Of a DNA stretch of 32,000 nt, positions 1 through 8,790 are shown piece after piece. A program made the translations under genes and the position numbers. Every line of letters begins with the position of its first letter. The stretch's first letter is position 1. This DNA is from Candidatus Methanoperedens sp. BLZ2 (GTDB lineage: Archaea > Halobacteriota > Methanosarcinia > Methanosarcinales > Methanoperedenaceae): positions 12,188 through 44,187 of the forward strand of contig NZ_NTMG01000056.1 of NCBI RefSeq assembly GCF_002487355.1. Direction: 5' to 3'. The notes under the pieces were generated by a model, which was not told the origin of the DNA, did not search any database, and worked only from the letters and a program-made list of their open reading frames with translations.

Positions 1-574
1 TTTTCGTATTGTCGATTGTTGCTATAAGTACTTGATTGGCTTGTTCGGCTGTATAATCAGGAAAAAACTCCAATAATTTAGCTCTTGCGTTAGCCTGATA
101 AAAATCCTTACTTCTAATAAAATTATTGATGACAAAGCTTTTCATATTTTCCCCAAATTTATTTATTATTACTTTAGCAATTTTTTCAGCATAATATTTA
201 AAGGCTCTTTTAACATTCTCAGGGTTATCTTTTATAATATCAGATAATTTTATTCTTAAGCCCTGATTCTTTCCAAGAAAACCATAAGGGGGAAAATCTA
301 CTTGGAGAGCAACTATAAACTTATCAGTTGCTACTGCCATGCCTATTTCTTGGTCTGTCCAGGCAGATTCTCGGAAACTTTTTGTCAACAACGGAATAAA
401 AGTATCACAGCCTTTTATGTTTTTAATAATATCATATTGCCATTCGATGTTTGGTTCAATATCATCGTGTGCTAAAAAAACTTCAAACCCCATGAACTCA
501 AGCTGTTCTTTAAGCTTCCCTACTATGGTTTTATCATCTGTTGAGTAACTAAAAAAAATTCGAAATGAATCCAT
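1..574 (-). CDS. TIR-domain protein, N-terminal 191 codons (3' end runs off the left edge of the window)
   Basis: Absent from the supplied ORF track because no stop lies inside the window. Minus-strand ATG at 574..572. I checked every in-frame triplet down to position 2 and found no stop. Translation: MDSFRIFFSYSTDDKTIVGKLKEQLEFMGFEVFLAHDDIEPNIEWQYDIIKNIKGCDTFIPLLTKSFRESAWTDQEIGMAV... This shows the TIR/TIR-like layout (FFSYS strand, VFLAHDDI, W..I...I..CD.FIPLLT, S.W..QE with a conserved Glu). A helical region of unrecognised family follows. The DNA is very AT-rich. Confidence 0.7.
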   Translation of the reverse strand, partial: MDSFRIFFSYSTDDKTIVGKLKEQLEFMGFEVFLAHDDIEPNIEWQYDIIKNIKGCDTFIPLLTKSFRESAWTDQEIGMAVATDKFIVALQVDFPPYGFLGKNQGLRIKLSDIIKDNPENVKRAFKYYAEKIAKVIINKFGENMKSFVINNFIRSKDFYQANARAKLLEFFPDYTAEQANQVLIATIDNTK

Positions 575-691
575 AGAATTTACCTTTTTACATAATCTAT
601 TTCTATCAGATTTTCTACCATGCCTTAATTGATGAGCGAATATAAAGATGCATCGGAAGTTATATAAAGAAATGAAATTAATGCATACTTT

Positions 692-1090
692 ATGCAGATA
701 ATCCAAGATGGAAAAACAGAAACACAAATACTAATTGAAGAAATGAGAAAACACCGTGAGTATAAGCCGAATATCACAATAAATGCTCAAAATATTACAG
801 ATTCTCAAGTTGCGATTGGTACTGATATAAAGCAAATAAAAATACCAAGAGATGTACATTTAGACGCTCTCGTTAATGCATTAGCAGATTCGATTTTAGC
901 TGATAGTTCATTAAAAGATAATCATGATATGTTAATTGATTTAGAATCAATGAAAAAAGAGATGATAAAAAGCAAACCAAATAAGGATAGGATTATGGGA
1001 TATTTGAACGATTTTGTGACCGTATCTAGCTTGGTAGAAATCTCCCAAGAAATTATTAAATACATATCGACTTCTAGAATATTTGATTAG
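692..1090 (+). CDS. hypothetical protein (132 aa), divergent from the TIR gene
   Basis: Clean ORF in an AT-rich patch with no recognisable motifs. A TATA-like ttatataaag at about 660..669 lies roughly 27 nt upstream of the ATG, which would fit a leaderless archaeal transcript (inference). Confidence 0.4.
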   Translation: MQIIQDGKTETQILIEEMRKHREYKPNITINAQNITDSQVAIGTDIKQIKIPRDVHLDALVNALADSILADSSLKDNHDMLIDLESMKKEMIKSKPNKDRIMGYLNDFVTVSSLVEISQEIIKYISTSRIFD

Positions 1091-1314
1091 CTTTATATTC
1101 AAATCAATTCATCCCAATACTTTTTGAATTTAAGAGAAAAAGTTCTTCATCTGTCAAAACATCACTTTTTATTAAAATTGTACTTCAAAATAGTAACATT
1201 TAACTAAAAATAGGTTCTGTTATGTGGTGACATGGCGATTATTATACAACAAACAATATTAAAATACCTAATTTTGACAACTACATAGCATTAAAAAATA
1301 TCAAAAGCATAAAC

Positions 1315-1806
1315 ATGATAACGTTAAGTGAGAGAATACCCGAAGAAATACGAAATATCCTGTACGGTAATTATTTCGGTTATGTATGCACAAGCGATAA
1401 AAATGACCAGCCGCATCTGACCCCGGTTTTTTTCATATACGATGAGAATTCACAGAAACTTTTTTTCATCACAAATGATCGATCAAAAAAGGTCAAGAAC
1501 CTGTCTGAAAATCCCAATATCAGTATTACAATCGATATCCGTGATCCTGTAAATCCTTTCAATAATGAAGGAGTTATGGCCCAGGGTACAGCCGCTATTA
1601 CAGATAAGGCACCAATATATTTCCTGTCTGAAGAGACGCTGCAATTATACTATGACATCTATCACGAATTTAAAAGCAAATATCAGAAAGTAATAGAGAA
1701 TAAGCCCCTTGGTGAGAACGATGTGATCATACAGATAAATGTTGAGAAAATGGTGTACTGGAAAGGCCCCCATTTCAAATCATTGAAATTCAAAAAAGAT
1801 GAATAA
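1315..1806 (+). CDS. pyridoxamine 5'-phosphate oxidase (PPOX)-family FMN/F420-binding protein
   Basis: 163 aa. The core PHLTPVFFIYDENSQKLFFITNDRSKKVKNLSENPNISITID is the typical split-barrel PPOX-family signature. Confidence 0.7.
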   Translation: MITLSERIPEEIRNILYGNYFGYVCTSDKNDQPHLTPVFFIYDENSQKLFFITNDRSKKVKNLSENPNISITIDIRDPVNPFNNEGVMAQGTAAITDKAPIYFLSEETLQLYYDIYHEFKSKYQKVIENKPLGENDVIIQINVEKMVYWKGPHFKSLKFKKDE

Positions 1807-1850
1807 TTTCTTGATCAATCCGACAGGCGGCTCTGCCGGGATTATTCTGG

Positions 1851-2474
1851 TCAAACCAGCTCTTTTGACCTCTCAGGGTTCTTGTTCTTGTTCTTGCCCC
1901 TTCGAACTGCTTTTTTCAACTTTATGTTTTGATCCATGATATCCATAAATATCTTTTTTCTCATCATTTCTTTCTGATTTTCAAGAAGAGCTTTTTCAAG
2001 CTCCCTTATCCTTTCCTTTAGCCCTCCAATCTCTGCATACTTTTCTTCCAGTTCTTGCTCAAGGTTATTGATAGTGACTTCGCGGCGGTGTATACTGATC
2101 TCCATCTTCTTTTTTTCAGCAGGATGAATATGTTCCGATGGTTTGATCTGGATTTTTTTTTCAACATCAGGTCTCGCTTTTCCTGAAAAAGGAACATTTA
2201 GAAGAGAATCTTTTATATCCTCCCCTTTTAGCTTCTCAATAAAAAGTCTTGATATTCGCTGTTCCTCGGCAGAAAGAGTCCATGAGGCCCCTTTGTAGCG
2301 TTTCTCCAGACTTGCGGTATCGAGTAGTTTTTCAGCCGCTGATCCACTGATCCAGCCTATGCTCTGGTAGTAATTAAAAAGCTTCGGGAGATTGTTATGG
2401 CCGACCCTTGCAAGAAGGAATTTCAGCCATTTCCTCTGGGTTTCAATTGTTGTGTCAGTAAGCTTTTCCAGCAT
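1851..2474 (-). CDS. FlaD/FlaE-type (Arch_fla_DE-like) N-terminal domain protein with coiled coil and basic tail
   Basis: The N-terminus QRKWLKFLLARVGHNNLPKLFNYYQSIGWISGSAAEKLL matches the remembered W/LxFL...G....YY..IGWIS motif of archaellum FlaC/D/E proteins. The C-terminal half is a heptad-rich coiled coil (NNLEQELEEKYAEIGGLKERIRELEKALLENQKE) followed by a Lys/Arg tail. Its ATG (2474..2472) directly abuts the stop codon of the upstream actin-like gene. Confidence 0.6.
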   Translation of the reverse strand: MLEKLTDTTIETQRKWLKFLLARVGHNNLPKLFNYYQSIGWISGSAAEKLLDTASLEKRYKGASWTLSAEEQRISRLFIEKLKGEDIKDSLLNVPFSGKARPDVEKKIQIKPSEHIHPAEKKKMEISIHRREVTINNLEQELEEKYAEIGGLKERIRELEKALLENQKEMMRKKIFMDIMDQNIKLKKAVRRGKNKNKNPERSKELV

Positions 2475-3530
2475 CTATGCAGTTTGCCAGAATTCAGGCG
2501 GCATATCCTGTGCCAGTTTCAGTGCTCCATTAGCACCGCTAAAGACAGGGTCTGTGTCTTTGAAGACTTTTCCGCCATCGATTAATTCAAGTTCTTTGGT
2601 TAGAACAACATCGATGTTCCTGATCTGGCTTCCTCCGCCTGCCAGCCAGATATTATTGCGCAGATATTCCTGGAAGTCAGGATCATATGTGGATATCAGT
2701 TTGGATATACCGGACATAATATCTGGAATAATGGATTCACATGCCATTCTTATATCTTTTGTAATTGATAATTTAAGTATCGAAGAATCAACAGGTACAT
2801 CAACAACAATTTCTTCCTGAGACTCACCAACGAATGAACTCTGTTCTTTCCATTTTTTTGCTACTTCATTTGTTACCCTGACATTGGTATATTCTTCAGA
2901 GATCAGCCTCACTAATTCAGCATCAATATAATCACCGGCTTTGTTGCTGCTTATCTGGTCATCAGGTTCCGGAAGAGTACCATGTACCCTGCATATATCC
3001 GTGGTCCCTGCCCCTATATCCACGACCAGGGAATGTTCCATCTCTCCCAGGTTATATGCAACACAAAAAGGTTCGCTTGCAACCATTACCCCATCAAAGA
3101 AACCTTTTGCCATTTCTGTAATTATCTTTTTGTTAAGTACGCTGGCCTGGGACGGAACTCCTATAATGGCATACTTTTTTACATCGTGGTTAGCATCCAC
3201 AAGCCCCATTATATATTGAAGCAGGCCCTTGGCAGCCTCAAGGTCCTCTCTCTGGTTCTTTAATAACCCGGACTCGATAGGTTTGAACATGTTAAGAGCA
3301 ACCCTGTGTTTTAATGCTTCATCACCATACAGGCGCTCTTTCTTCAGGAATTTTGATGCTACTGCATCTTTTGGGATACCGACAACGCTAAGAATGCTCT
3401 TTTTCTTCCCTTCACTTGTCGATATTGCAGTATGGTTAGTTCCAAGGTCAATTCCTATATATAATGTCTTATTTTCTTTTACACGGGTTGCACCCGTCTT
3501 TTTGATTAGTATTTTTTTCTTATTTGCCAA
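2475..3530 (-). CDS. MamK-like actin-family ATPase (bacterial-type actin homologue)
   Basis: 351 aa. Actin-fold phosphate/adenosine motifs are IGIDLGTNHTAI, VDIGAGTTDIC and LAGGGSQIR. Blocks that I recall as MamK-specific rather than MreB-specific: SVVGIPKD, IIGVPSQAS..NKK, VASEPFCVAYNL, GTLPEPDDQ..KAGDYID, KEQSSFVG, GALKLAQDMPPEFWQ. Confidence 0.85.
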   Translation of the reverse strand: MANKKKILIKKTGATRVKENKTLYIGIDLGTNHTAISTSEGKKKSILSVVGIPKDAVASKFLKKERLYGDEALKHRVALNMFKPIESGLLKNQREDLEAAKGLLQYIMGLVDANHDVKKYAIIGVPSQASVLNKKIITEMAKGFFDGVMVASEPFCVAYNLGEMEHSLVVDIGAGTTDICRVHGTLPEPDDQISSNKAGDYIDAELVRLISEEYTNVRVTNEVAKKWKEQSSFVGESQEEIVVDVPVDSSILKLSITKDIRMACESIIPDIMSGISKLISTYDPDFQEYLRNNIWLAGGGSQIRNIDVVLTKELELIDGGKVFKDTDPVFSGANGALKLAQDMPPEFWQTA

Positions 3531-3788
3531 AATTATCCCTCATAATGATTATGTAAATCATACAAATGCATTACTTAAATATATAGTTTACTTAACGTTA
3601 ATATCCATTAAAATGCTGGGATAATATAGAATTTTCAACCGCACAGAACTCAAAGGATGCAAAGATTTTGCTGCTACGCTTTGCGAACTTTTCGAATTTT
3701 ATAATGAGTTGAACTGAGCTGAAACATGTCCATGGATGAAAACATGATCATGACAATAATTCTGTCGTGTGAACTATTAGTATCCATC

Positions 3789-4739
3789 TCACCCAATGTT
3801 ATTGATTTCCTGCCTCAATTCCCCAAGTGTTGATTTCCTTTCTGCGAATGCATTATGCCTGTGGATGCTCTCTTCATTTATCTGTTTTACCACAATAACA
3901 GAGTCATCCGGCAGCTCAGGGAATTGATTAACGATTTTCTGGGCCATGGTCCGCACGCAATCTTCTACAAATTTGGGATTCTTGTGCGCTCTTTCAACGA
4001 TCATAGCCTCATCAGCCCGCTTCAATAATTCAAACATCTGCGAACTCATGGAATTCTCGATGATATTGATGATCTTTTCAAGCGAGACAAAATGACTGTC
4101 ATGAGTTTCTATCGAAATTATACCCCGCCCTCTCTGGTTATGTGTGGGCATGGGCACATTATTCAAGAATTTCTTAACTACATCCGATTCCACGCCAAGC
4201 TTCTTTAATTCCTTTCGTGCCTTATCAACCATTATTTCCTGGGCACATGGACATGCGGTGATACCAAGTACTTCAGCGCCTACAAGTTTTCTTATGGTGA
4301 GTGTTTTACCACGTATCGCTTTTGCCTCGGCGAAAATATTTACAACTTCCTGGCAATTCAATTTTGTCGCAGGTGTTTCCCTTTTAAGGATATATTCACT
4401 TTTCATCCTTACTTCAGCGATCAAAGCATATTCATGCCTGTCGATCAGCCTTTTTGCGACTTCGCTGCATAAGTCCTCTATTTCATAAACCGGAGATGCG
4501 ATCATTTCTTCAAGCACCTCATCTATGGCCTCAAAATTCCTTGATAAATTCGCGCCTTTCCTGTCAGAAGGAAGGTCAACAAAGATATCAAATGTAGATA
4601 CAAGTACGATAGGGCGTTTATCCTTTCTCGCCACTTCTACAAGTTTCTTGACATCTGTTACCCCCACGCGAGTCAATGTTATAGCTATATCAGGCTGGTT
4701 CGCCTGTATGTCTGGTAGATGAACTACAGGAAGTTTCAT
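3789..4739 (-). CDS. mptA: GTP cyclohydrolase MptA / FolE2 (type IB) family
   Basis: 316 aa. [25 protein letters not shown] and [18 protein letters not shown], plus the CPCAQE metal-site motif, are typical of the archaeal FolE2/MptA family. Confidence 0.8.
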   Translation of the reverse strand: MKLPVVHLPDIQANQPDIAITLTRVGVTDVKKLVEVARKDKRPIVLVSTFDIFVDLPSDRKGANLSRNFEAIDEVLEEMIASPVYEIEDLCSEVAKRLIDRHEYALIAEVRMKSEYILKRETPATKLNCQEVVNIFAEAKAIRGKTLTIRKLVGAEVLGITACPCAQEIMVDKARKELKKLGVESDVVKKFLNNVPMPTHNQRGRGIISIETHDSHFVSLEKIINIIENSMSSQMFELLKRADEAMIVERAHKNPKFVEDCVRTMAQKIVNQFPELPDDSVIVVKQINEESIHRHNAFAERKSTLGELRQEINNIG

Positions 4740-4961
4740 TCTTGATTATCTCCGAATGTTTATTAATTAAATAATTTTACACTCTTAACAAAGCACAATA
4801 ACTATCTTGTATTATTAAATTATTGCTATTTGAGTTTTGATTCTTAATGACATCATGTTTATATACCCTTAATTATATTTTGTTTTCAGAGGGATACTAT
4901 CAAAATCAAATCAAATGACTTTACCCGGATACTGGCAATCGTAGCCGGAATTGCATTTATC

Positions 4962-5702
4962 ATGATCTCTGTTGCCTATGGGCTCACTTATATTTTCCAG
5001 ACCGGTCACATCGTTTTTCCCTATGAGCCATATTATTTCCTGTTCATATTCTCTATAGGGTTCGTGATCTTCACAATATATTTTGAACGTGAGAAAAAAG
5101 CTTTTTTTCACAGGGAGCTTATCGGCGGCGCAATAGCATCCGCGTGTTTGACATTTCTGATAATAGCGTGTGTGGCTGGAATGAAATATATCTGGGAAAA
5201 GGGATTGTCAGGCATTGGTATCGAGACTCTTGCATATGCATTTTCCATATCCATGATACTGAGCCTTATTTTATATTTTGTCATAGGAAAAATAGAAGTT
5301 AAATTCGTTCCCGGGGATTTTATCAGGGTACTTTCAATAGTCTTTGGGATCGCGATTCTTATAATGGTAACAGTGGTCTACGGGATAAATTATATTATTA
5401 AGATCAATCCATTTCCGGTCAAACCTTATATTCTCTTTTTCATGTTCGCGATCCTTTTCGTCCTTGCTTCTGTTTTTTATGAAAAAAGAGGGGCAGTATA
5501 TCCCTGGTTCCTTCTTGGCGGCGCCGTGGCCTCAGCCTGTCTTGCTTTCATGATCGCGGCAATCATCGGGGGATTGAGGTATGTACTGGAAAAAGGATTT
5601 ACCGGCCTTGGTACTGATACGGTGTTCTATTCTTTGTCGATATGTATAATCCTGAGCATGGTTTTATATAACCAGTATGATATCATAAAAGAAAAGCTTT
5701 GA
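4962..5702 (+). CDS. multi-pass membrane protein made of two tandem homologous halves
   Basis: 246 aa and hydrophobic throughout. Half 1 (…FHRELIGGAIASACLTFLIIACVAGMKYIWEKGLSGIGIETLAYAFSISMILSLILY) is clearly homologous to half 2 (…YPWFLLGGAVASACLAFMIAAIIGGLRYVLEKGFTGLGTDTVFYSLSICIILSMVLY). See the finding on its start codon. Confidence 0.7.
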   Translation: MISVAYGLTYIFQTGHIVFPYEPYYFLFIFSIGFVIFTIYFEREKKAFFHRELIGGAIASACLTFLIIACVAGMKYIWEKGLSGIGIETLAYAFSISMILSLILYFVIGKIEVKFVPGDFIRVLSIVFGIAILIMVTVVYGINYIIKINPFPVKPYILFFMFAILFVLASVFYEKRGAVYPWFLLGGAVASACLAFMIAAIIGGLRYVLEKGFTGLGTDTVFYSLSICIILSMVLYNQYDIIKEKL

Positions 5703-5746
5703 AAAAAACAAAACAGAAAAAGTGGAATTCAGGTTGATAAAATAAA

Positions 5747-7498
5747 ATGGGAAAAATCCAGATCCTTGATGAAGCATCGATAAACAAGATAGCAGCAGGT
5801 GAAGTGATCGAACGCCCTGCTTCTGTTGTCAAGGAGCTGGTCGAGAACTCAATAGATGCGGGTGCAAACACTATCAGGATCGAGGTCACAAAAAGCGGTA
5901 AAGGCTCGATCCGCATCACAGACAACGGCTGCGGGATGAGCAAGGATGATGCTGCGCTGTCTTATGTGAAACACGCTACAAGCAAGATCAGGAAAATCGA
6001 AGATATAGAGACCGTCAGTACAATGGGATTCAGGGGTGAAGCTTTGTCTTCCATTTCTGCAATTGCTAATGTCGAGATCATCACAAAAACAAAAGATGAA
6101 TTATCCGGTACAAAAGTGATCATCCAGGGCGGGAACCTGATAAGTATTGCAGAAACCGGAGCCCCTGATGGGACGACAATTATAGTAAATGACCTATTCT
6201 ACAATACACCGGTCAGGAAGAAATATCTGAAATCCGACGCAGTTGAACTTACCCATATCATCGATATAGTTTCAAGAATAGCGCCTGGACATAATAACAT
6301 TTCTTTTTCTCTTTTCAACAATGGAAAAGAATTGCTGCGCTCATCCGCAGCCGAACTTCAAGATACGATCGTTCATATTTATGGCCAGGAAATCGCACGA
6401 GAAATGCTTCCGGTAAATCTTGAATCTGCTATTGTGCGAATAACAGGTTTTGTCTCAAGACCTTCCCTGACGCGGGGCAGTCTTGATTACCAGTCATTCT
6501 ATATCAATGACAGGAATATCAATTCAAGAGCGATCGGTTTTGCGCTAAGGGACGCCTACGGTACCCTTATACCAAAAGGGCGTTTTCCGATCGCGGTGTT
6601 AAAGATATATGTTGATCCACGGGAAGTGGATGTAAATGTCCATCCAACCAAGAACCAGGTGCGTCTGAGCCACGAGAGGGATATTTGCGATATGGTTACG
6701 CAGGCTGTTAGGAATGCACTTTCGCACAAAGACCTTATTCCTGATATAAAGATACCAACGCAGCAGCTGCTTTACGAAACTCCTGCGGCCGGATCTTTCG
6801 ATGTAAAAGAGACTGTCAGCGATTTCAGGCCGTCTGTAAAAGACACGGAAAGAAGACTCAGGCAATCAGAAAGGGCGAGCATGGAAAGGGAAAATACAGG
6901 TGGTGCTGAGACTGAGATTGGGATTGAGATGCCTGATGTAAAGGTACTTGGGCAGGTGGATAGCCTGTATATCCTTGCCGAAACAAAGAACGGTTTGATG
7001 ATCATAGACCAGCATGCAGCGCATGAGCGCATATTTTTTGACCTTATTCGCGAATCAAAGAGGGATGATTCCCAGGAACTAATCGTTCCGATTAACCTTG
7101 AACTTGATCCCAGGGAGAGAGTATTGATAAAAGATACTATTCCCTATCTTGAAGAGTTCGGCTTTCGAATATCTGAATTCGGACATGATTCATTTGCAGT
7201 AACGGCTGTCCCTATTGTCCTGGGAAAACTTGAAGACCCAGGGATGGTGCATGATATAATATCTGATATCCTTTCAGAAGGAAAAGTAAAAGAAGAGACC
7301 GGGATATTTGAGCGGGTAACCAAAAGCATCGCATGCAGAAGCGCCATCAAGGCCGGAGCTGATTGTTCTAATTCCCAGATGGAAAGCCTCATCAAACAGC
7401 TTTTCAAGACACAGAATCCATATACCTGCCCTCATGGAAGGCCAACGATGGTATCTTTTAACAGGCAGGAACTTGATAAATTATTCAAGAGAGTTTAA
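5747..7498 (+). CDS. mutL: DNA mismatch repair protein MutL (endonuclease-type)
   Basis: 583 aa. GHKL ATPase N-terminus (IAAGEVIERPASVVKELVENSIDAGA, DNGCGM, GFRGEALSSI). The C-terminal domain carries the endonuclease motif DQHAAHERIFFD and the CPHGRP motif. Confidence 0.95.
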   Translation: MGKIQILDEASINKIAAGEVIERPASVVKELVENSIDAGANTIRIEVTKSGKGSIRITDNGCGMSKDDAALSYVKHATSKIRKIEDIETVSTMGFRGEALSSISAIANVEIITKTKDELSGTKVIIQGGNLISIAETGAPDGTTIIVNDLFYNTPVRKKYLKSDAVELTHIIDIVSRIAPGHNNISFSLFNNGKELLRSSAAELQDTIVHIYGQEIAREMLPVNLESAIVRITGFVSRPSLTRGSLDYQSFYINDRNINSRAIGFALRDAYGTLIPKGRFPIAVLKIYVDPREVDVNVHPTKNQVRLSHERDICDMVTQAVRNALSHKDLIPDIKIPTQQLLYETPAAGSFDVKETVSDFRPSVKDTERRLRQSERASMERENTGGAETEIGIEMPDVKVLGQVDSLYILAETKNGLMIIDQHAAHERIFFDLIRESKRDDSQELIVPINLELDPRERVLIKDTIPYLEEFGFRISEFGHDSFAVTAVPIVLGKLEDPGMVHDIISDILSEGKVKEETGIFERVTKSIACRSAIKAGADCSNSQMESLIKQLFKTQNPYTCPHGRPTMVSFNRQELDKLFKRV

Positions 7499-7567
7499 AA
7501 GTAAAACTTTTCAATAAATATCCCAAAAAGGAGCACATAAATAATCCTTCTAACATTATTGAAAACC

Positions 7568-8167
7568 ATGACAGACTGTTTCTTCTGCAGTAAGCCTTCC
7601 CGTAAAACTTATAAATATTACACCCTGGATATCTGCCACAGATGCTACCTCAAGCTTAAATTAAAAAAACTGGAGAAGAAATCTATTCCCGATGATACAT
7701 ATTTAAAATCACTTGTTGGTAGTAAAGAACAGCCATACGTGGATGCATTGGATCATTTTGCCACATTTTTCCCGAAATCCCTTTCAGAAGACCTGCTTGG
7801 AATGATCCTCTTCTCTTCTGATAAGGATGGCGATATCGATCCTATATTTGCAAATTCCATGATAATTGCAGCGCGTTCGGTATTGCTTTTCGGGGAAGGT
7901 GTGAAATTGAAAAAAAACGCAAGTGAAATCCATGCGCTTCACGCCCTTGGAAACCTTGTAGGTATTTCTATTATAGGAAACCTGACAGATTCCCACAAGA
8001 ATAAGAATACAGATATGGATGAAGAGACAACCATGTCTGCTATTTCTAAAGAAGTTGACCGGACTATGATCGATATCTTAAATGATATAGATAAGAACAA
8101 TGATGGGGCTTTGCATGATCTTATTGTGGATACTATCGACTTAATAAAAGCATGGGAAGAATCATGA
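7568..8167 (+). CDS. hypothetical protein with N-terminal CxxC...CxxC zinc-ribbon
   Basis: The ATG at 7568 (MTDCFFCSKPSRKTYKYYTLDICHRCY...) is preferred over the TTG at 7559. The rest is helical and acidic. Its TGA stop (8165..8167) overlaps an in-frame ATG of cgi121 (8164) in an ATGA arrangement. Confidence 0.5.
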   Translation: MTDCFFCSKPSRKTYKYYTLDICHRCYLKLKLKKLEKKSIPDDTYLKSLVGSKEQPYVDALDHFATFFPKSLSEDLLGMILFSSDKDGDIDPIFANSMIIAARSVLLFGEGVKLKKNASEIHALHALGNLVGISIIGNLTDSHKNKNTDMDEETTMSAISKEVDRTMIDILNDIDKNNDGALHDLIVDTIDLIKAWEES

Positions 8168-8655
8168 TTCAGATCATGGAAGGTACAATATTTATCGAGG
8201 ATATTGAAATTTTCCTTATAAAAATTAAAGAAATGAGGAACGGCAAAGACTCTGTCATCCTGGCGCTTGATGCTGATAAACTGGCTGGTAAAGATCATCT
8301 CATGTTCGCTATCGAAAAAGCGATTGATTCATTCAAAACAGGCAGGAATATCGCAAACGACCTCGGGAAAGAAATAATGCTTTATGCAGCAGGCACGCGC
8401 CAGATAAACCGTGCCATGAAAATCGGTGTACATAACGGAAAGAACAATATTGTACTTGTGGCTATCGGTGAGGATGTTGATCTGTCTGAGTTTGATGAGA
8501 TAACACCGAAGGATGTTGTGCAATATGAGGGATCAAAGAACAGGGATTTGATGGACATTTTCAATATTACCGATGAAGAGATCAAAGCTGCTGGTGTTGA
8601 AAAGATCCCCGAACTTGTCCTGGAAAGGGTTGCGCTTGTGGATGTTTTGAAATAG
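8164..8655 (+). CDS. cgi121: KEOPS complex subunit Cgi121
   Basis: About 163 aa. ALDADKLAGKDHLMFAIEKAIDSFKTGRNIANDLGKEIMLYAAGTRQINRAMKIG is the archaeal Cgi121 pattern. The alternative in-frame ATG at 8152 cannot be excluded. Confidence 0.75.
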   Translation: MIQIMEGTIFIEDIEIFLIKIKEMRNGKDSVILALDADKLAGKDHLMFAIEKAIDSFKTGRNIANDLGKEIMLYAAGTRQINRAMKIGVHNGKNNIVLVAIGEDVDLSEFDEITPKDVVQYEGSKNRDLMDIFNITDEEIKAAGVEKIPELVLERVALVDVLK

Positions 8656-8790
8656 TCAAATTCCTGTATGAAAAAACGGAACAACATGAACTGATACGAA
8701 CTAACGCGCCGGAGTTCGTTTGTGTTCGTGTTGATATCCCATTTTTCGCACATTCTTTCATTATGATTAGATTTATTCTTCCGATCCAAG

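Noticed and set aside
339-548. 69-aa plus-strand ORF, the only track entry in the first 600 nt.
   Set aside because: It lies antisense to the much longer TIR-domain reading frame and is low-complexity with no motifs. It is most likely spurious.
1851-4739. A possible magnetosome gene island, suggested by the MamK-like actin.
   Set aside because: No MamA/B/E/I/L/M/O/P/Q-like genes are nearby (no TPR, CDF transporter, HtrA protease or small Mam membrane proteins). The neighbours are a FlaD/E-like gene and mptA. The actin is therefore treated as a MamK-family paralogue with another role.
8696-8719. A 7-bp hairpin (acgaact-n10-agttcgt) followed by a T-containing tract, lying between the convergent cgi121 and nuclease genes, as a possible bidirectional terminator.
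   Set aside because: The stem is short, the loop is large, and there is no clean oligo-T run of the kind archaeal terminators use. It is too weak to annotate.
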